Positions 37,386-49,345 of a stretch of DNA of 64,000 nt are shown here, one piece after another; the stretch's first letter is position 1; each line of letters begins with the position of its first letter. This DNA is from Catajapyx aquilonaris (Eukaryota), in NCBI GenBank assembly GCA_000934665.2, contig KZ537967.1, positions 62,001-126,000 on the forward strand, in the 5' to 3' direction. Both the position numbers and the translations under genes were made by a program. The notes beneath the pieces were generated by a model. The model worked only from the letters and a program-made list of their open reading frames with translations, had not been told where the DNA came from and ran no database searches.

Positions 37386-39517
37386 TTATGGGTGTCTTCG
37401 ACAGCCACCAGGAAGGAATTTCCCCCATTTTATACAGCGAGATGCGTAGGGGCTATCAGTGCCTGAAGAGGAAACATGGGAGGGTAAACACATCTGTGGA
37501 CATTGCAAGGTGCTGACTCGGAGTTAGGGCGCGGCTCGAATTTGTAGCCCTGCGTTTCCAGGGTGTTATTACGCTGCCGGAATTACGGGCGGGCCCAGGT
37601 AATCATTCATTCTCAGCCGACTGCAGTCGTTAAGGGTGCGCCCTAGAGACATGCCCTGGCTACCAGTACTACTCGACCTCTGCAGTACAAACTTGGAGAT
37701 GAAAACAAAAAGAGGTACAGACAGGGGAGGCTGAACCGTGTCGAAGGTGCCATGTCCCAAACATTTTGCCGACCTATAAGGCCACGTCTTGAGCCATGAA
37801 TAATATACAGGCTTGGGAGGCATGCGCCATACAACGTTGTAGTTTTGTTGGTATCAGCAAACATAACGTCAGTAGGTTAAAACAAGGGTCGAAATCCAAT
37901 GCAATCGGTGCCGACCAGATGGCAAACCTCATCCTGGCCAATCACTATTCCAGCCGTTTGCCACTGCTAAATTATGCGACCGGCATGCATCTATTTCCGA
38001 GCACTTTAAAAAGGTTGCAGCTCTAATGCATATTGACGTGAAGGACCGGACTCGTTAGTTAGATATTGGTACGAATGATTTAAAAAAAAAGTATGTCGTG
38101 CATACTGCACAAACATCATGTCCTGAAACAAATAACACCGATGAACCCTGGTGAACTCACTGTCAGACGTTATATAGCATACTGTAGAAAGGTAAGCCCA
38201 AAGGCGACTAGAAATGTATGGGACGCAATGGAGATTAAAAAGTTTTCATGGGAGGGGTTCAGACGTACGTTGCATGCACTAAGTATGCAGAGAATGATTT
38301 CAGACAAAGCAGGTCTTTGCAAAACCGAAACGAGCCCTGAAGGATACAACGCACTCGGGCAGAAATGCGATGAAATGCGTCACTGAGTTCCACCCAAAAC
38401 TTCTACATTATATGATGTGATAACCAACCGGGTGTAACGAAAGGATTAAACAATTGGACTCGGAAAGCGTCTATGAATTTTCTCATATTTATACACACAT
38501 GTGCACATATATTTTCTTCTGGTGTAACATTCTCCATTTTTTAAAGCTCCATTTTAGGTACTTTCACCACTTGAAACATTGTAGCCAAGCCCCTGCCATA
38601 GTTCTTCAAAGGGCTCCAAATGAGCTGGAGTTCGTGCTGGTCCAGAATACTGATGACTTTTCCCTTAGTTCTCTTTTGCTCCATTCATGCACTCCATTTT
38701 ATCCATTCTTTTTTTACCCCCTTATTCCTTTTTATCATTTCCTATATACCAGAGTCTCTTGAAGCATTTTTCCTCCACATACACCCAGAGGGACAATACA
38801 CGACCGATTTGGCACTGCAGCCACATTCCTAATGCAATTTTGCAAAGTGCGTCCACTTCCTCAATATAAAAAAAAATTGTCCATTTCGAATATTACTCAT
38901 ACACAATTGTAGCCCGATAGCAGTGTGGAAATAAAGAAGAATCTCATAAAAATTGTGCATCCGGGGATCGTAAACCTTCCCTGCATTTCCTTATCATCCG
39001 GAAAGAATTGTACGGGACCGGTCCGGGTCGTAATGCATCATCGGGGGGAGTGGGGGTATCCTGGAGGACCAAATTCGAAACAGCTCAGAGTTAAACCTAG
39101 GCAATCGAGCAGCCACATCACCTTGAATCCTTCTCTCTCTTTTTTTTGTACCTCCCCATATACCCTTCCTCCTCTCTCCATCTTTACTCAGAGCAGTCTT
39201 GGGTATTTACTGGAGAAGCTTGCTCGGAGAGTCTCCCCCGGATAAACGCCGACAGGGTCTCTCCATAAAGCCTCACTTGGGCCTCCATCCAGAACCCAAA
39301 CTCGTCTCTTTCCTGCCCCCCCCCCCCTTCCAACTGCTGCAACAATCGATTGGCAGAAGGGGGGGCGAAAAGGGCTATATGTCCTGCCACCTACATTCCT
39401 AGGGTCTCCTCTAATGGTCAGACCTATAGTTCAAAACATGTGAAGTGTTGGACATGAGGTCTATCAAAAAGCTTGCAAAAAAATATTACATAATCTGCCA
39501 CAAATTTCGAGTGGTTG

Positions 39518-39710
39518 ATTTTTTTCCTCAAGAGACAATAAGTCAAAAAAAAATTCGACCACACAAAATTGTCCCTTGTAAAAACCAGCAACATCTACTA
39601 AAATATTTGCCTGATAGAAATTTTTCGCAAGAGACAATTAGTCAAAAAAATTTGACCACATGAATTTCGATATTTGGACCCAATATTGTCTCTTGCTAAA
39701 AACAGCAACT
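39518..39710 (+). repeat. Short diverged tandem duplication (~100-bp period)
   Basis: CAAGAGACAAT.AGTCAAAAAAA..T.GACCACA...ATTGTC.CTTG..AAAA..CAGCAAC occurs twice. Confidence 0.7.
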
Positions 39711-42700
39711 CGTGCAAAGTTTCGTAAAGTGTCCGATGCGAATATCACACAACCCTAATGTATCATGGAATTATTATTTTTTTCGCCCCGGAACTACATT
39801 TACCTTGTGAAAGCTCCACTCGGAGCATTATCATAACCCCAGAGTGGACCAGGTCTCTTTTTTGTTGTTGTGTGAACCCCATTGCATGATGCTACAAATA
39901 TATCACTTACATACACTGCGTTGCTGTGAAAGTAATGTAATATTTTATACGCAGTGTGTCCTTGAACTGGCTACAAAAAATGAATTGGACTTGAAATATT
40001 AGTAACATTATGCACATTTTTGGCATATAAGTCCCCGTTGCCTTTATTTTTAGTTAATGTACTAGTACAGTATACTTTGGTGCAGGTTAGGTGAATAACT
40101 AGCGTTGAAGTCTCCTGTGTGTGCACCCCAGTATTTTGAATTAGTCCGTTTCAAGTGCGTCGCAGTTAGAGTGCATATATGTACACGTTTCCAAACGTGC
40201 CTAATATTAATGTTGTACATGCATAATTATTGTCATGTTATTTTTATGGCAATGGACCCGGTTGTGGTCGAAGTGAGCACTACACAAGTTTGGTAAATAA
40301 TGCAACTGGAGCCCAGGGGAAACACTCACTTCCCTAGCTGGTATTATGCAAATATGCTATCCATTGCATATTAAACTCACTCTAATGCTCGCTTAGGGTT
40401 TATTTATTAGGTTTTCTACCCCACTCATGTTGCTCGTTCCAAAGTAAATACGAGTACACCTAAACTTTTGTAGACCGAAAACCTAGTCCAGCAGCATTAT
40501 GCAATGAGCCCCAGCAGAGAGTCAGTCATTAATATGCTACCGCAGCACATTGCCGACAGGTGTAATACGTGTAGGTACAGTACAATATAAAATATAGTCC
40601 TTGCCGTATTGAGCTATATCCTTTGCGTTACATGCAGAAGTACAGACAATAAACGCGAATCCAGTTGTGCAAATCAAACCGACACTGACAGTGTTGATTC
40701 GTTTGTTATTCCAATCCGAGGGGGATTATTTCCCTTTTCATCAACTCATCAAACTCCGGATCCACACGGCGCTTAACACGGACCACTGACAGCCATCATA
40801 CGCTACGAACTGATAACATACAATGACAAAGCAGACATCCACCATCAGTGGTCTGACATAAAAGCATACTGAAGTTCTCTCTCCCCAACCCACCCATTCC
40901 TATCCAACCAGAAAAAATATATAAAGAGATGCAGAGGTGGTCAAAATTTTTGGATATACATCATTGACCTTACTTGACTTGAATCCTGTTAACATCAGTT
41001 GGCTAGTCAGATAATTATGTAAAAGCACTGCATAATTCTGTGTACATATTATCAGGAATTGTGAATAAAATTAGTTGAAATGGCGAAGAAAATTAGTCAG
41101 AATTGTGAATAATATTGGTGCATCAATTTATGCATAAGAATTTTTTTTCAGTGATAGTCTCCTAGCGATCTCGGACATAGTTTTCCTGATAGAAAAAAAT
41201 AGTGGTTCTGTTCTCCGGCAGGCGTCCGTCTAGTCCAAAGAACCTTCATTTCTGGGTTGGTCTGAAAAAGGGGGTCCTTACGAGGCCCGATCGAGGCCCG
41301 CTGTTCCGTAACCGAGTTCCGGGGACAACACTTTGCGTCCGATTAGTTCCCGAAAACAACCCCTTTTCCGGGTGATCGATAGCCCACCAGGAGCTGCTGC
41401 CTAAGAATAGAGGCCTCAGGAGAGAAGAGGTTTTTTTTTCTTTCTTTCTGTTTTTAAGTTCCGAAGCTGCATGTCCTGTAACTACCGGAACATTTAGTGG
41501 GATCGGTTTAGTGGGCCGTATGTTTCAATCTGCAACGACATTCCTTGCTGTGTACACCACCTTTGCCTCAAACTCCGGATCATGATTTATCTAGGCCTTT
41601 CCATCCCCACCATCCGGTAGATTGCAAGGAGAGAAGATGAGCTATGAAGTTTTAACAGATTGAGACGTTAGACGCCGCGAGGAGAGAATAGGAGAGCTTC
41701 ACAATAGCCTTACGTGGCCGGGAAGGCCTATTGTGTGAAATATGTTCATTGTTTGGAGCAGACACCTTTATGGGAAGCCAGTTTTTCCCTGCGGTGCGTT
41801 GTGTGTTCAAGTGTACTTTATCGGATTTTGTAATTAGTTTAATGCATGCAGCAGCGCATATTGAAATACCTGGGGATGCGATTATGCAATACTCGGCTGA
41901 TATGCACAACATTATGTTCCACATATTGGGTGTAGCCATTGAAAAATAATATGGTCAAGCATGCAATCCGCGATCAAAAAGACTCCAGCTCATTAGCGGT
42001 CAGCTTAACCCGTCCGCGCACGTACCCCGTACGTGTACCCCTGTCCGAATAGTACGACGTGTCCAACAATGGTTCTCGTAATCATTTTTCACCGCCTTTT
42101 CTTTACTCCCGGAGTTGAAGGGCAGGCAACGCGTCGATACATCTGCGCAGTATACCCCCCCTGCAGCCTGTGGGCGTCGGTGTCGGCGGGCTAAAACGAC
42201 GTCGACGACGCCAGTTTCCCCCCGCGCCTCGAACTGGGAACCCTCAACCTTCTCTGTCTCCATCGGACCACGAGGGTTTTATCTTTCAAATTTGTTTAAA
42301 AAAATCCGTCGCGGTGTTACATTTTAAAAGTGTGACAGACACTAAAGATGGACGTCGTGTGGTGTGCGACACTGTGGGTAGCCCATGGTGGAGGAAGAGA
42401 GATTCAGTGCAAAGTTTCTAGTGCGGATTTGGCTAAGCGTTTGAGATAGATTCGACCCCTTGAGTGATTCTGTGGTAAGTCATCTTCTCTACATTGAGGA
42501 GTAACTTGTATGAAAATGAGCATTGATCGCAACCAGTGAATTCTTTCTGGTCTGTTCGGTAGGGTGAAAAGTTGTGACCGGTTTTATGTAGATCAACACT
42601 ATCAAAGGTTCTTGAAAGAAAGCTGGAGCGTAAGGTGTGAGTTTTAATTTTTTTTTAAATAAAAAATTATTAATTAATTCTGACCAATCGCCTTAGTCTG

Positions 42701-42750
42701 CCTTAGTCTCTCATAGTCTAGCTTAGTCTGGGACTAACTTTTGTCCGTCC

Positions 42751-42805
42751 TGGACATCTCTTGGACATCTCTTGGACATCTCTTGGACATCTCTTGGACA
42801 TCTCT
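42751..42805. repeat. 11-bp tandem repeat (TGGACATCTCT)x5
   Basis: Five perfect units; preceded by CTTAGTCT repeats at ~42691-42730. Confidence 0.95.
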
Positions 42806-43507
42806 GAATACAATATTCGTTCTTGAATTAATACCACCCGGCGACTTGTTATTGGTCACTTCCGCTCACACTTCCGGTGTATTATTCCGCTAGATGTCCT
42901 TCCAAAACTGGGATTAGATAAGGCCTTCCTGTTTTGGATTCGGTTCCTTCGCCCGGTGTTGCTCAATTCCCAGCACACGTCCCACAGCGTTTTGATTTAT
43001 TAATCCCGCCTCGCTTATATTCGTTCCTAATGTGACTAAACAGAATCATTAGCTGACTCGGTGAGAATTAAACAGGCAAGATACTCCGTTTCGTATATGA
43101 AGATGGCTGCGGGCCAAAAATTCGCAACAAAAAAACAATGGCTGAAAATATTTTTCGGAGACTTTATGATTAAACCTTTTGTTTATATTTAATACGATAT
43201 TGCAAGGACAAAAGGAATTGCTCCTCTTGCAAGCGTGTTTAACGGGCCTGTACACGAATCATCCGATAGATTACCCAGCACCCAAAAAACTGGTTTTTTA
43301 ATTACGTCACTTTCATTACCGCAAAGTCTGGGGCAGCCTGGTTAATGTTATCTCATTAAAAGGGCTTATTAACTGCCAGTCAAAAAAGGGTATGAGGTGT
43401 ACATTCCATATTTTTTTTTTTTGGGGGGGGGGCAGAGTGTTACAGGATATCTCTCATATCAGTGGCTTGTAAGCTGGCCTGATAGTCGCTGAAAATTTTG
43501 GCCAATA

Positions 43508-43835
43508 ATCGAGAAACTACAATATATCGAGGAAATGTGATATATCGAGGAAGTGTGATATATCGAAGAAATTCGATAGACCGAGAAACTACGATAGACC
43601 AAGAAACTACGATAGATCGAGAAACTACGATAGAACGAAAATTCAATATATCGAGGAAGTGTGATATATCGAGGAAGTGTGATATATCGAGGAAATTCGA
43701 TAGATCGAGAAACTACGATAGAACGAGAAACTACGATAGAACGAAGAAATTCGATATACCGAGGAAGTGTGATATAGCGAAGAAGTTCGATATATCGAGA
43801 TGCTTCGACAGATCGAGATTCTACGATAGATATAG
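43508..43835. repeat. 18-bp minisatellite with alternating unit types (GATATATCGAGGAAGTGT / GATAGATCGAGAAACTAC)
   Basis: About 18 units of 18-nt period arranged in blocks; shares the GATATATCGAGGAA core with the reverse complement of the 37.1-kb array. Confidence 0.9.
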
Positions 43836-45733
43836 ACATTACGATTATTTATTCACTGCTTCTGATATCTATCCTCGCGAACTCAGGTCTCAGGATTCCT
43901 ACACTATATTTATCTCCAACATCTCAGCCATACGTTGCAATCTCCCAGCAGTTAGTGTCTGTTTCTAAGTCTCCCGAATTATTAAAAATGTACACAACAC
44001 TTAAAGGCATTACCCCGAAGCCTTGCACTCCTGAATCGATGCTGGCTATATCAAGGTGAGGGTAAACAGGAACATTGGCGGCTCTAGAAATCGCAATCGG
44101 ATTTGAAACTGGAGAAGCAACGTGGGCAACCAGGATTTATCTGCCCTGCTTCTTCTTTCTTTTTCTTTTTTTTTATCTATCTCCTCCTCCTTTCTCTCCC
44201 CCCCCACTAGATCCTCCCCACTACTACCCATCCAGCTTCCCCAGCTGCCTTCTACAGCAAAGTGGGTCTGTGATCGTGAATCGATGTCGCCCAACTTTTG
44301 CACTTCAAATCCAAAGCCAGCTAAAAATTGCTGATTCCAAGAGATCCTTCCCACCCACCTCCCACCCACCCATACCACCCCCACCTCTTTTACTTATATA
44401 GGCTCATCCATTCGTTTTCATCGTTTTGGAGAATCGATGACTGAGGACTACGCTGGGGTCATTTCCCGACCTGAGGATTTTCATGACGCAAGGGAGAGGT
44501 GGGTCATTTTCGTTCAAGTGATCAATACATTTTTTGGGGCAAAGCCACGTTTTTAGACGGCTCCAAATGGAGAGAGAAAATGGTAGAAAAATCGGACAAA
44601 ATTTTCTTGCGGGAAATAGGTGTAGCCTAATTATTGGCAAATTCACACATAATTCACGTCCACACTGCTCTTAGCTGCAATTGGGCCCAGAGAAATCAAT
44701 CTTTGTGCGCTGAATTATAAAGGAAGGAAATTCCCTGACGCAACTGCGGAACGCTTTTGTGCTAATTTCCCAACGCGTACATTCATCTATTGAATACAGA
44801 AACAAAAATGCGCCATGTTGTCTGCTCCACCTACCTATAAAAAAAACTGGGGTTGAAGAATAGGCATGTCATATATAGCACCAGATTTCCAACAAACGCA
44901 CAACGCTAAACACAACTCTACCCCATTCATGACGTTCATATCTGCATTCAAGCTCTCATTGTACAGACACTAGTGATGCTCCAATGGCATAATCTTCATC
45001 CTGTAGGACCACAGGGGCATAGAGGAAAACTCGATAGCTATGAATTATTCCAACTGTAGACTACAATCTATTTAGACCACCAAACTAGCCCTTCCGGAAT
45101 GTAAGCATTTTTTTTGCTTCTCTTTTGAGAGATACCGCTCAAAGTTTGATTATCTTCTGAATTATTAAGGTACCTTTCGGAGTGCAAATACCACGTCAGA
45201 GAGATGCATCGTTGAAATGCTACGATGAATTAATCACCAAGCTTCTGTTTGTGGCTCGGACATTATATTTTCCCTTTTCGTCTACTGCCATTCGAAATAT
45301 TTTATGAACCTCTCTTCGGGTGATTGCCCCTGTAATACGCCGCTTTTATATCCACCCATTTGCATCCATGTAAATCATGCACGATTTTAAAATTTTATCA
45401 TAATTATGCCCATCAGTTGACGTCTTCTCAAAGAGTCTGAAATGTCAAGCGCTTAATTATTGACAAGAAATGCGTCATGTAATGCTGATATTTTTTTGTA
45501 ACCATATAATGCTGATTGCACATTTTTTTTAAATTTTTAGTATAAATTTGAAAAATACTTCTCTCGACTCATCTGACAGTATTACTATGCAGATTGCATC
45601 GTACCCTAACCGCAGTTGCCAATTATGAAAACCGCGCATTGCAATAAGCCAAAAGCTTTAGAGGCCAAGAATTCCAAGCACTTGACAAGGATCAAGCAGG
45701 CTAACAAGCTCAGCAAAAAAAATAATCAATGGC

Positions 45734-45743
45734 NNNNNNNNNN
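45734..45743. other. Assembly gap (10 N) followed by poly-C
   Basis: Run of n characters. Confidence 0.99.
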
Positions 45744-46701
45744 CCCCCCCCCCCCCCATGTACAACAATCCTCACCGAGAGAGAGAAACGTCTATTCTAA
45801 CAGCTATAGGCACAAAGTGATATTTTTCAAAACCGGGCCCGGAAAAAAAAAACCCGGAGCCGGAAATGAATATTAATTCCGGCGATTACCGGGCTTAGAC
45901 ATCCGCAGCCGGAGATGAGGGATGCGATAGAACGTGAATTTGGTATGAAAAGCTGCATGATTGATGAGAGTCCAACTTGGAGGGGCGGAAATCGAAACAC
46001 ACCTCCCCCCAACTGCCATGGGGGGTTTGGGTGTAATGTACCCCCCCAACTGTGTTGGCCCATTACATGCTGGGTCAAACTTTTTCACGAAACGCGCCGA
46101 TTAGCTGCGAAAATCACTCACCCATCACGCTGCAGTGCTGCCCCATGGATAATGCGGATACAAAAACCTGCAATGAAAACGTTACGTTTAGTACAGTCCA
46201 CTGAACCGAAAATTGGCACCGCTTATTATGTAAAGAACACTGATGTGTATAGTACACACACACGGTGGCGACACCTGGGGGCAAGTTCAATATCTCTTTC
46301 CATCCTCCCCAAAATACGGATCCAATTCCGGTCTGATCCGGAAGACAAAACCTTTGCCAATATTCGGAGGGTAGCAGAAACCGCCGGCAGTGCCGGTGGT
46401 GGCAGTCCAATGTCAATTCCAGCCGAACCACTTCTCAGTCATGGCCAAAAACCCCTCCTCCCCCCTCAGTTTCCCAGGAAGCCATTTGGCCAATGGATTT
46501 CCCGGAGCTTGTCTCCACACAAACTCATCAAGGCGGCAGATAGTGATACAGGTGAAAAGAAAAACACACCTCAACAGGTCGAACTCAATTGGCAGTAGAT
46601 GGCGCACGCTGCTACATTCCGAAATCCGGACCGACATGACGGATGCATTTTAATATTCCTCCTAAGTGGCTTATTCTCTCCGTCGGTTGTTTGTCCGCAT
46701 T

Positions 46702-46998
46702 ACCTGAAGGTGGCAGGTAGGTCTGTGCGATATTTCGATACATAGATTGTCGATACGATATTTTCATAATATCGAAGTTGCGATATCCGACGATGTATCG
46801 AATATCGTGATTTTTCGATGTCGGTTTTCGATGTCAGTTTTTCGATTTTCGATATATCGACTTCGATTCGATATGTTTTAGTATCGAAAGTCGATATGCA
46901 ATTTCGGATATCGCACAGCCCTAGTGGCAGGAGTGTGCAGAGCGCCATCTATGCGTGAAGAAAAGTACTAAGTGGTAAATAGGCGGGCCATCTCATTA
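46702..46998 (+). repeat. Short dispersed repeat, copy interrupted by a hAT MITE
   Basis: Removing 46718-46931 restores ACCTGAAGGTGGCAGGAGTGTGCAGAGCGCCATCTATGCGTGAAGAAAAGTACTAAGTGGTAAAT. Confidence 0.85.
46718..46923. mobile_element. hAT-superfamily-like MITE (206 bp)
   Basis: TIRs TAGGTCTGTGCGATAT / ATATCGCACAGCCCTA (15/16 match); exact 8-bp TSD GTGGCAGG at 46710-46717 and 46924-46931; interior rich in CGATA/TATCG. Confidence 0.9.
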
Positions 46999-48733
46999 AT
47001 GTTGTTTGATAGTCATATTTTTGGCAGTATGTTCCTGACGCAACGTGCTACACATTCCCAAAAAAAATCCAGTCTTAAATAATGCGACATTAACTTACTC
47101 CGAACCGACGCGGAACGTGACATTGACAGTTACAATTAACGTCAGCATTAGGCTTTTTATCCGCGCCGTTTACAACACTTTATTGCGGTTATTTAATCCC
47201 GTGGCTTGAGTATCGGTCATAAATAGGGCTGAAGGAATAATTTTTTTAACGCTCTTTTTTTTTTCAGGCAACATAAACGCGGGGTCTGCAACGTCTCCAT
47301 AACGTTACACCGCCACATTTTCAGCGACATGGATTCTCAGAAAGAAGACGCTGCACATTCCTTCCATTTTTTAAAAAAAGAACAGGAGGACAAAGTGGAA
47401 TTCAGGCTGTCCCCCCAAAAAAAACAAAGACTTTGGTGGAAACACCCAACAACTCAAAAATTCCTAGGGAGCAATAGGGATCGTGCACATGCCCGCAAAA
47501 ATATCGAACGCCTGAGAGGTCACTCACACCGAAAAAAAAAGAGCGCACATCTATAAAAATGCACTATCAGGCTAGGGCAGATTTACTGCCTAAATACGCT
47601 GAAAATGTCAAAAAACAGCTGGCGTGCTGACAATATCAGACAGGTGGCAGTAATAATGCGAGGGTGTGGAGGGAAAACTTGATAACCCTCTAAACAAATG
47701 GCACAGTGATCAGGATGTAAGTCAAAATATTTTTCACTGACCAAAAAAGTAGAGTCAATAGCAGCCAGGTAATAGATTGATGCTATCGACCTCCATAAAT
47801 ATTTTATATGCGGCATGCCAGTTGGTGTAGTTGAATTCATTGTTTGGCAGGTATCATCAAGCTGCTGCAAATAGATTATTTAAGAAGCCTTGATAGTAGT
47901 AATCTACGCCCAGTGGGTCACTAATACTTCCGGTTCTATTTTTGTCCGTATTATGTTTATTATTTATGAGACCTTTTCCGGAAGTGGCGTCCCTCGTTAA
48001 TGCTCATAAGGAAGTAAGGTACTTTGCAAAGCCTCATCCAATAATTAGACCTAGGGGGTTATTCCACGTTAAAAAGATGAGGATTTCCCACGAGTGTGAA
48101 AAAACGGTAAAAGTGCACGTGTAAGCCTCGCTCATGAAAATACAGCCCCAAAGAGAGCAGGATAGGGTGAGGTTAATGGGAGTTTACGGCCAGGCCCCCA
48201 AGAACCACTACAGGATTCTTGATCACAGTAGATAGAGCTATTGCATGGGCGGGGTAGTGTAGAGAGAGAGTGTTGGTGCAATGGCAGGGTGACAAATGTT
48301 CAGAGGGGCCAATTGTTCCCGGGGACTCTCGTCCAAGGCTACGTAATTAGGCCTTTCCACAATAGGGGCTAGGGTGTAAGTTGCGGCTTGTTGGAAACGG
48401 AGAGGGGGGGGGGGGATATGACAAACTGGAGTTAGTTGGGCGATAAACAACGCATACCTTACCCCGCCCTTAGCCTTGGATTTATGAATGAGAATTGTGT
48501 GTTGGAAGAAAAGTTTGGTGAGAAAGTGTTGAAAGTGCCAAAACTTTGCACACTGGACACCACGGCCATTAGGCGATTCTTAACGCGAGTTTTCAAGTGA
48601 GCAGTGCATTTTACACTGGAAACTTTTCTTTTTGTTCACAAACTGAACATAGACATGTCCTACCATCACTTTTAAAACTACTAGCAAGGAACTTCTCACG
48701 TGATTTATAAATAAAAAAAATCTGTGCCCCCAA

Positions 48734-48943
48734 TGTTATGCAATAATGTGTCAACCCACAAAAATGTCGAACCCAAGAACATATACCCATATGCTTCATT
48801 CAATTAAAATCAAGCTGGCGAAATCTGCCATAAATGACCGAAAAGGACACCGAATGAATTCCAAAGGTGTGACATTCAAAGTCATTTTTCTCAAAACTGG
48901 TCTCGTGTGGGTTGACTCATTATTGCATAACACCGTCCAATTG
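48734..48943. mobile_element. MITE family X, copy A
   Basis: IR TGTTATGCAATAATGTGTCAACCCACA (48734-48760) / TGTGGGTTGACTCATTATTGCATAACA (48906-48932), 1 mismatch; interior homologous to 63638-63790. Confidence 0.8.
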
Positions 48944-48987
48944 CCGCAGATGAGACACCAAACTTCATTTTTAAAAATGAAATTCTA

Positions 48988-49345
48988 AATTTTTGGTATT
49001 TATAGTCAAAGAATTGCAATTTCCCTAAATCAGAGGCACGTAAGACGTCAGTGTGCCAAGTTTCAGTACTCTCAGTACTCCAGAAGTGGTTTAGGTAGCC
49101 ATGACATACATATATGCCAACAAACTTTCCGCTTTATACTATGTCAGACAAACAAAACTCCTGGAGACACAAAAATGCGAAATTTTGGGTATTTAGACGC
49201 AAAAAAGTGCGGTTTTCAGACCTTTTCATCAATCAGCGGCAGGCAAGACATCACTGTGCCAAGTTTCTGCAGTCTCAGTAATCAGAAAGTGTGTTAGGTA
49301 GCCGGGACATACAAACAAAGCGAGAAACTTTCTGTTATATGTAAG
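48988..49345 (+). repeat. Two tandem diverged copies of a ~160-190-bp repeat (possible non-autonomous Helitron/Helentron-like ends)
   Basis: AAGAC.TCA.TGTGCCAAGTTTC...TCTCAGTA...AGTG..TTAGGTAGCC..GACATACA...AAACTTTC present at ~49043-49130 and ~49246-49332. The family assignment is only a guess. Confidence 0.6.

Noticed and set aside
37037..37466. Repetitive ORFs (RYIDIS / SSIYP / DISRKG) over the 37-kb array
   Set aside because: Translations of a minisatellite, open in several frames on both strands; no domain features.
43440..43968. Repetitive ORFs (RETTID / SRSIVV) and a CRISPR-like look of the 43.5-kb array
   Set aside because: Contiguous tandem units without unique spacers, no cas genes, eukaryotic context.
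45915..46598. 227-aa ORF
   Set aside because: No recognisable domain or coding-like composition; consistent with a chance ORF.
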